64,000 nt of DNA from Patescibacteria group bacterium (lineage in GTDB: Bacteria; Patescibacteriota; Minisyncoccia; Minisyncoccales; RBG-13-36-15). The stretch is from positions 31,631 to 95,630 of the forward strand of contig JACZRI010000001.1 in assembly GCA_022574775.1 (NCBI GenBank), written 5' to 3'. Under the pieces are notes generated by a model that worked only from the letters and a program-made list of their open reading frames with translations, did no database searches and was not told where the DNA came from. The first letter of the stretch is position 1, and the number at the start of each line of letters is the position of its first letter. A program made the translations under genes and the position numbers. Shown here in pieces: positions 8,149 to 14,258 of this stretch.

Positions 8149-9063
8149 TTATTTTGAAGCTCCTGGCAGACGATTGATCAAACTATGAAAATCCAGCCCT
8201 TTGAAAAGCTTAATAATCTTTTGTCTATCATATTCTTTCCATTTGCATTCTTGAAGATGAAAATCAATCTGTTCATCAATTCGTATTGTTACCAGCATCT
8301 TGCTAAGAAATGCCTGTTCTTTAGATTGAAGCAATAATTCTTTTGTTTTTGTTTTTAACTTATTGGCTCTCTCTGTTTTTTTCTCGAGTTCTCGGTAAAG
8401 ATTTTCCAAGCTCCCGAATTCTTTGATTAAAGAAATTGCTGTTTTTTCTCCAATACCCATCACCCCCGGGACGTTATCTGAAGGATCTCCCTTTAGAGCC
8501 TTAAAGTCGGGAAGCTGGGAAGGCGTTAAGCCTCCGTATCTTTCTGAAACTTTGTTTTCGTCATATAAAATTGTATCCTTGACTCCTTTTCTTAATGTAT
8601 AAACTTTTGTTTGCTGATTAACCAACTGAAGCATATCTAAGTCTCCGCTTAAAATTATCGTCTCGACTATAGGAAAAACCTGCTGCCTTTGGGTAAGTTT
8701 AGCTAATACCCCAATAACATCATCTGCCTCAATGCCTTCTTTCTCAAAAATAGAGATATTAAATACTCTTAGTACCTCCTTAATTTTTGTTAATTGGCGG
8801 GAAAGCTCTTCTGGAGTTTTGGGACGATTGGCTTTATAAGCTTTGAATTTTGTATGCCGGAAAGTAGGCGAGGGAAGGTCAAAGGTAGCTGCAATAAAAT
8901 CTGGTTGGAATTCTTTTATTGCTTTTAAAAAAACTAACAAAAAACCATAAACAGCGTTAACCAACTCTCCTTTTTTGGTAGTCAGAGGAGGTAGCGCGTG
9001 ATAGGCACGGTACAAAACAGAGTTCCCGTCAATAATAACAAATAGCTTTTTCCTATCTCCCAT
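8149..9063 (-). CDS. Stand-alone 5'-3' exonuclease (Pol I N-terminal / FEN-like domain)
   Basis: 304 aa. Motifs LFVIIDGNSVLYRAYHALP, FRHTKFKAYKANR, GIEADDVIG, LSGDLDMLQLV and the helix-hairpin-helix part DNVPGVMGIGEKTA. Confidence 0.85.
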   Translation of the reverse strand: MGDRKKLFVIIDGNSVLYRAYHALPPLTTKKGELVNAVYGFLLVFLKAIKEFQPDFIAATFDLPSPTFRHTKFKAYKANRPKTPEELSRQLTKIKEVLRVFNISIFEKEGIEADDVIGVLAKLTQRQQVFPIVETIILSGDLDMLQLVNQQTKVYTLRKGVKDTILYDENKVSERYGGLTPSQLPDFKALKGDPSDNVPGVMGIGEKTAISLIKEFGSLENLYRELEKKTERANKLKTKTKELLLQSKEQAFLSKMLVTIRIDEQIDFHLQECKWKEYDRQKIIKLFKGLDFHSLINRLPGASK

Positions 9064-9067
9064 CTGC

Positions 9068-9604
9068 TTATTTTACCATATTTCTTATTTTTCTTCTCTT
9101 CTCATCTATAAAATCAAAATAAATCCAAGTGGTATCTTTAGGCATTATTCTCCTTATTCTGTCTGCCCATTCAATGGTTACAATATTTTTTTGATCAGAA
9201 ATCATTTTTTTAAAACCTAAATCCAAAATTTCTTGAGTTTTTTGGATTCGGTAGCAATCAACATGATACAGTATCCCGTATCTTGCTGTGCCCTGCATCA
9301 AGCTTTGCTCTGGCGCTGGGGTATTTTGCTGCGTCCCGCACCTTCTTCGAGTCAGACTCGACTGGTGCCGGGGTATTTTATATTTTTTTATAATAACGAA
9401 TGTAGGGCTCAGAATTTTTTCTTTAATTGTGAGACCTTTGGCAAAACCCTGTAAAAAAGTAGTCTTTCCCCCTCCTAAATCCCCTATTAAACCAAAAACT
9501 TTGGCGTGTTTCTTTTTGGCAGAGCTTTGTATAATTTTTTTTGCTAAAACCTCGCCTAGTTTTTTAGTTTGGGAAGGAGAATTTGTTGTATATTTAAACC
9601 TCAT
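9068..9604 (-). CDS. tsaE: tRNA t6A37 biosynthesis ATPase TsaE, carrying a ~30-aa internal insertion
   Basis: P-loop GDLGGGKTTF, plus SPTFVII, YHVDCYR and IEWADRI motifs in TsaE order. There is an extra GC-rich segment between KKYKIP and YGILYHVD. Confidence 0.8.
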   Translation of the reverse strand: MRFKYTTNSPSQTKKLGEVLAKKIIQSSAKKKHAKVFGLIGDLGGGKTTFLQGFAKGLTIKEKILSPTFVIIKKYKIPRHQSSLTRRRCGTQQNTPAPEQSLMQGTARYGILYHVDCYRIQKTQEILDLGFKKMISDQKNIVTIEWADRIRRIMPKDTTWIYFDFIDEKRRKIRNMVK

Positions 9605-9701
9605 AGTAAATTTGACGATTTCTGAAGAATAAGATAGTCTGAAATAACATAAATCCTCTTTTTAGTTTAAAGAAAGCTTGAAGGGTTGTAAACTTAAACT
9701 T

Positions 9702-11003
9702 ATGCCCGATGCCAAAATTACAGGTGAAATAAAAATCTCCACTTCGGTTATTTCAGATCTTAAGAAAAAAATAAAGAATATTTCTGATTTTCAGGAAAAG
9801 ATTGAAGGGGTCTTAAAAAAAGAAATTACTGGAATATTTGAGGTCTTATTGGGTGGAGGAATAATTTTGGAAGCTTCTGATTTGCATATTGAACACGAAC
9901 AAGAAAGGGCGAAATTAAGGATAAGAATTGATGGTATTTTACAAGATGTGATGTTTTTTGATTTAAAACTCTATAGCTCCCTCGTTTCTCGAATAAAGCT
10001 TCTTTCTGGCATTAAATTGAATATTACCGATCGCCCGCAAGACGGCAGATTTTCAATAATTTTAGGCGGTCCCCCGATTGAAATTAGAGTATCTACGCTG
10101 CCCGCTGAATATGGCGAATCAGTTGTATTGCGGATTCTAAATCCGAAAAGTCTAATTACTATTGAAGCGTTGGGATTAAGAAAAGATCTGTTGGAAATCT
10201 TCAGGAAGGAGATTAAAAAACCAAATGGAATGATTATTGTGACAGGTCCTACGGGTTCTGGGAAAACTACTACCTTATATGCTTTTCTTAAAAAAATTCA
10301 GAAGACGGAAATCAAAATTATTACAATTGAAGACCCGATTGAATATCATTTAGAAGGCGTGAATCAGACACAAGTTGCCTCAGAAAAAGGTTATGACTTT
10401 GCCAAAGGCTTAAGATCAATAATGCGCCAAGACCCAGATGTTGTTTTGGTAGGTGAGATTAGGGATCTAGAAACAGCCAAAATAGCTCTCCAGGCATCTC
10501 TCACTGGCCATTTCGTCCTAACCACTCTGCATACTAACGACGCAGCAGGCACTATAGCCAGGCTTCAGGCTTTAGGGGAGAAACCAGCAAATATTGCCTC
10601 GGCCATTAATATAGCTGTTGCTCAAAGACTAGTCAGAAAAATTTGTAAAAAATGCGCGAAGCTTGTTGTACTTTCCCCGAGTTTGTCCAAAAAGCTGAAA
10701 AAGGAACTAAAGAATATTCCTAAAGAAGTTAAAATTCCTCCACTGAAAAATTCTTTGAAAATCCCAGAAGTAAAAGGATGCAAAAATTGCAACTTTACTG
10801 GTTATCGCGGAAGAATTGGAATTTTTGAGGCTTTTGTCGTGGACGCAGAGATGGAAAAATTTATTTTAACTTCACCGCCTATCTCGGTCTTCAAAGAAAA
10901 AGCGATTAAAAAAGGAATGGTAACAATGCGCCAAGACGGCGTCATAAAAGTCCTTCAAAATGTAACAACTATGGATGAAATAGAAAGGGTTACTGGTGAA
11001 TAA
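9702..11003 (+). CDS. GspE/PilB-family secretion or type IV pilus assembly ATPase
   Basis: Walker A GPTGSGKTTTLY, Asp box, Walker B DPDVVLVGEIRD, His box TGHFVLTTLHTND, and a C-terminal tetracysteine CKKC...CKNC. The ATG at 9702 is preferred over the track's TTG at 9678. Confidence 0.8.
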   Translation: MPDAKITGEIKISTSVISDLKKKIKNISDFQEKIEGVLKKEITGIFEVLLGGGIILEASDLHIEHEQERAKLRIRIDGILQDVMFFDLKLYSSLVSRIKLLSGIKLNITDRPQDGRFSIILGGPPIEIRVSTLPAEYGESVVLRILNPKSLITIEALGLRKDLLEIFRKEIKKPNGMIIVTGPTGSGKTTTLYAFLKKIQKTEIKIITIEDPIEYHLEGVNQTQVASEKGYDFAKGLRSIMRQDPDVVLVGEIRDLETAKIALQASLTGHFVLTTLHTNDAAGTIARLQALGEKPANIASAINIAVAQRLVRKICKKCAKLVVLSPSLSKKLKKELKNIPKEVKIPPLKNSLKIPEVKGCKNCNFTGYRGRIGIFEAFVVDAEMEKFILTSPPISVFKEKAIKKGMVTMRQDGVIKVLQNVTTMDEIERVTGE

Positions 11004-11009
11004 AAAAAC

Positions 11010-11142
11010 AACCTCAAAGCTGGGGGATTCTTCTTGAAGTTGTACCTCAAAGATAGAAACTCTCCGAGGAATAATCCAGGAAAAACCCAGATTATCCAAA
11101 CTAAGAGAGTTTCCAAAAATGAAATCCCCCAGCTTTGGGGTT
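11010..11142 (+). repeat. ~133-nt nested inverted-repeat element (long imperfect hairpin)
   Basis: Outer arms aacctcaaagctgggggatt (11010-11029) and aatcccccagctttggggtt (11123-11142). Inner 9-bp stem gaaactctc/gagagtttc (11056-64 / 11105-13). Innermost stem ggaataatc/gattatcc. Confidence 0.7.
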
Positions 11143-11290
11143 GCTTACTTCCTTAATATAACAAATTATCAAATATTTGTCAAGTCCCACTACCAATTCT
11201 ATTGGTGTGGAACTACTCCACCACTTAATTTATTAAGTGGTGGAGGTTAACCCCTCCCTTCCTTCTGCGGTTGGGCGGCGCAATAAAAAA

Positions 11291-12304
11291 ATGGTTTTAA
11301 AATATACTTCTCCAAAACCAACAGAAGAAGATAAAACTTTAGATAAAACTCTTAGGCCGAAAACCTGGCAGGAATTTCTTGGACAAGAAAAAATAAAAAG
11401 AAACTTGAGAGTAATTATTGATGCTGCAAAAAAAAGAAAAGATCCTGTAGAGCATCTTTTATTTTATGGCGGAAGCGGATTGGGGAAATCCACTCTTTCT
11501 TATATTATAGCTAATGAAATCGGGGTAAATATCCGTGTCATTTCAGGACCTGCCATTGAAAGAGCAGGAGATTTAGCTGCCATTTTAACTAATCTTTCAC
11601 AAGGAGATGTCCTTTTTATTGATGAAGTGCATAGGATTAATAAAATCTGTGAAGAAATATTGTACCCTGCGATGGAAGACTCTAAGTTAAATTTAATTTT
11701 AGGCAGGGGTCCGATGGCAAAAACAATGGAAATTGAAATTCCTCCATTCACCTTTATTGGAGCCACTACCAGAATTGCCCTCTTGAGCTCTCCTCTACGC
11801 TCTAGATTTGGGGCAACTTTTCAGTTGAATTTTTACGACGTCGAAGATATTGAAAAAATTATCCAACAATCCAGTAAAATATTGGGAATTGAAGTAGTTC
11901 CTGAAGCAATAAAAATAATTGCCAAAAGATCTCGTTTTACCCCAAGAGTAGCCAACCGTTTATTAAAAAGAGTGAGGGATTTTGCCCAGGTGGAAGGAGA
12001 AGGAATAATCACAGCTGTTATCGCTAAAGACTCTTTAGAATTTTTAGAGATTGATGAAGAAGGATTGGAATTTGGAGATAGGAAAATCTTGGAAACGATT
12101 ATCAAAAAATTTGAAGGAGGGCCGGTTGGGCTTCAGGCATTAGCGGCAACAACCTCTGAAGAAGAAGATACTATTTTGGATATATACGAGCCTTATTTAA
12201 TGCAATTAGGTTTTATTGAAAGAACCCCAAAGGGAAGAATGGCAACAAAACTTGCCTATCAACATTTAGGAATGGATTATAAAGCAACTCAAAATTTGAT
12301 TTAA
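11291..12304 (+). CDS. ruvB: Holliday junction branch migration helicase RuvB
   Basis: LRPKTWQEFLGQEKIK, Walker A GGSGLGKSTL, Walker B LFIDEVHR, sensor and winged-helix regions. The ATG at 11291 (MVLKYTS...) is preferred over the track's GTG at 11237, which lies inside a hairpin. Confidence 0.9.
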   Translation: MVLKYTSPKPTEEDKTLDKTLRPKTWQEFLGQEKIKRNLRVIIDAAKKRKDPVEHLLFYGGSGLGKSTLSYIIANEIGVNIRVISGPAIERAGDLAAILTNLSQGDVLFIDEVHRINKICEEILYPAMEDSKLNLILGRGPMAKTMEIEIPPFTFIGATTRIALLSSPLRSRFGATFQLNFYDVEDIEKIIQQSSKILGIEVVPEAIKIIAKRSRFTPRVANRLLKRVRDFAQVEGEGIITAVIAKDSLEFLEIDEEGLEFGDRKILETIIKKFEGGPVGLQALAATTSEEEDTILDIYEPYLMQLGFIERTPKGRMATKLAYQHLGMDYKATQNLI

Positions 12305-12482
12305 TGCACAAGCGTAGGCTTGACAAGAATTCTTATCTATAATACACTTTACTTGTTTAGTTTTTTAGCCTTTGGAAGGAGGTGGTGGAAAAATATGAAT
12401 GCCTGATTGTCACCTGCCGCGCACATCGCCATAGGCGTAGCTGTAGGAGAGGAGGAGATTCTCCTCCTCTCCTCAATTTAAA

Positions 12483-12516
12483 GAGCTCCATAAATAACAG
12501 GAGCTCGTTTTTTTTA
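12483..12516 (+). terminator. Rho-independent terminator
   Basis: Stem gagctcc/ggagctc (12483-12489 / 12500-12506) followed by an 8-9 nt T run. Confidence 0.65.
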
Positions 12517-12688
12517 TTTTAGTTAAAAAGGAGGGTGGGTGGATTGTCCCACAAAACAACTGAAACCTTCAGCATATTCGTAACCACCAAGCTTGTGCCG
12601 AAGAATGAGGTGAAGAAGTTGAGTTCGACTAAGGTATAAGCTTAATTATCCTGCATTTTGCGGGACTTTTGTTTGCGGAAATTTACTC

Positions 12689-12717
12689 TTGACAAATTCA
12701 AAGCATGGGTGTATAAT
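12689..12717 (+). promoter_or_regulatory. Consensus sigma70-type promoter (TTGACA-17 nt-TATAAT)
   Basis: TTGACA at 12689-12694 and TATAAT at 12712-12717, with TG two nt upstream of the -10. It sits 80 nt upstream of ORF 12799. Confidence 0.7.
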
Positions 12718-12798
12718 ACAGATAGAAGAAAGAAACGATTCTGCGGAAATCCGCGGACTCCGAGAAATCTCGGAGGAATGAGATGAAAGGAGATAACG

Positions 12799-13086
12799 AT
12801 GGAACATGTTAAGACTCGGAGGGAGTTGGTGGAGCAATATCCTTTTCTCCGCCCGCTCGTTTCCAGTGCCGGGACGCTGTCAGGTGGCATAGCCAATCAG
12901 CGTCTCGAAGAATTCACCAAAAGTGCCTGGAAGGGTGGGAGCACTATCCCCGATGTTGGCCCAGAAGAGCTTGGCGCAATCTTTCGTCGCATCTTTTTCC
13001 AACTGGATTGGGATCCCGAAGGACTATCTCGGTTCGTTAAGGGCTGGGAGATCGCTGAGTTCTACATGAATTGCCCGAAAACCTAG
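12799..13086 (+). CDS. Hypothetical 95-aa protein in GC-rich islet
   Basis: The ATG is preceded by gaaaggag 6 nt upstream and by a consensus TTGACA-17-TATAAT promoter. I recognise no family. Confidence 0.5.
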   Translation: MEHVKTRRELVEQYPFLRPLVSSAGTLSGGIANQRLEEFTKSAWKGGSTIPDVGPEELGAIFRRIFFQLDWDPEGLSRFVKGWEIAEFYMNCPKT

Positions 13087-13360
13087 GCTCTCTGCCTCCC
13101 CGGCAGAGTTCTCGCCTGAACCACGGCGAGATAAGGTTCAAAAGAATACAAGGAGAACTTCGGTTCTCCTTCCCTCAGAGCTCATTAGAATTAGTGGGTT
13201 GTGAGGGAAGAAAAAATCGCCAAGCCCTAAACCAGAGCAAGCACGGTTCAGGGTAAAAAAGGCGGTTTTTTTGGTAGAATGTCTATCGATGACTAATCTC
13301 AGCACCGAGTAAAACAATCAATAATATACTAGTTAGCCTTTATAGAAAAAGAATAAAACA

Positions 13361-13397
13361 GGGCGGGGAAGCTCCTTAGTACGAAGCTTTCCCGCCC
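13361..13397. terminator. Bidirectional terminator between ORF 12799 region and the collagen-like gene
   Basis: 13-bp stem gggcggggaagct/agctttcccgccc, with an A-rich run upstream and a T-rich run downstream. Confidence 0.65.
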
Positions 13398-13434
13398 TTT
13401 GTTTACTGGTGGTTATTCCAGTAAATTGCTGTTG

Positions 13435-13980
13435 CTACGGCGCTACGTTGGCGCAGATGGCGTAGACTCTGAGGGTAAAGCCAGGGGAACCGCCAACATG
13501 CCCTGCAGCCCCTGTCCATCCGCCAGAGCCACCCGCGTCGTTAATCCCGATGCCCGGCTGGTTGATCCAGACATTTATATTGCTGTTCGACGCGCTCGCG
13601 CCTCCACCCAACACCACTCTGCCGTCGGTGCAAATGGCACTGACGAGGAGGAAACTGTTGGTACTGATAGTAGCCTGGTTCGAGACACGCTGGAGGTTGC
13701 TGACGCCTGGCGAGCCTGGATTGCCCTGCGGGCCTGCTGGTCCTGTCAGACCTATTGGTCCCTGCGGCCCCGTTTGGTTCCAGGAAATCTTCGTCTCGTT
13801 GTTCGCACAGTTCCCATTGACGTCGACGACGCTCAGCTGTTCACTCTGGTTTTTGTAGCAGGCGTTGATCACGCCATTCTGGTCAGGGATGTGACTCGTC
13901 GCTAGCGCGACACCGCCGGCCACGAGCAGAACTGCTGCCAAACCGAGAACCGCTACCAGCACCTTTATTCGTCCTTGCAT
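13435..13980 (-). CDS. Secreted collagen-triple-helix-repeat protein with a Cys-bounded C-terminal globular domain
   Basis: Signal or anchor peptide VLVAVLGLAAVLLVAGGVALA, then ACYKNQ...C...ETKISWNQTGPQGPIGLTGPAGPQGNPGSPG (7 G-X-Y triplets), then a C-terminal domain ...AICTDGRVVLGGG...RVYAICANV. Strong SD (gaaggag). The gene is visibly GC-rich compared with its flanks. Confidence 0.75.
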   Translation of the reverse strand: MQGRIKVLVAVLGLAAVLLVAGGVALATSHIPDQNGVINACYKNQSEQLSVVDVNGNCANNETKISWNQTGPQGPIGLTGPAGPQGNPGSPGVSNLQRVSNQATISTNSFLLVSAICTDGRVVLGGGASASNSNINVWINQPGIGINDAGGSGGWTGAAGHVGGSPGFTLRVYAICANVAP

Positions 13981-14258
13981 GGTTGTCTCCTTCTTTCCTT
14001 TCTGCTTGCTGTTTTATGGCTAACGGGCAAAAGTAATCAGGTCATCGATTCCTCCTTTCAACGGTACGTATCTTATACAGTTGTATAGACTCTCGATCAA
14101 TACAACATTATGGTGTGGATTTGTCAAGGATTCTCGGCGCTGCGGATATTTCTCTTTTGAGTTCCCCTAAAAGTACAAAAAAGAATTAGTCCGCTTTTTT
14201 GTTTTGTTTTTAAAAAGCGTTGCTTGCCCTGACTTTATTGAAGGGATAGAATAAAATA

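Noticed and set aside
13435-13600. Diversity-generating retroelement targeting the C-terminal domain of the collagen-like protein (and of the fibre protein at 63780-64000).
   Set aside because: The idea is attractive because both have foreign-looking C-terminal tips. But there is no reverse transcriptase ORF, and I could find no template-repeat copy of either 3' end elsewhere in the window. It remains untestable here for the fibre gene, whose 3' end and downstream region lie outside the window.
13399-13905. Plus-strand ORFs (168 aa and 102 aa) overlapping the collagen-like gene.
   Set aside because: High GC suppresses stop codons on the antisense strand. The minus-strand ORF has the signal peptide, G-X-Y repeats, SD and terminator, so the plus-strand ORFs are spurious.
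12374-14057. Terminal inverted repeats bounding the GC-rich islet as evidence for a transposon.
   Set aside because: The similarity is limited to an SD-like GAAAGGAGG, a 2-3 codon mini-ORF and CCTGATT. No transposase and no clear target-site duplication are present. I kept it as a remark within the islet finding, not as a mobile-element call.
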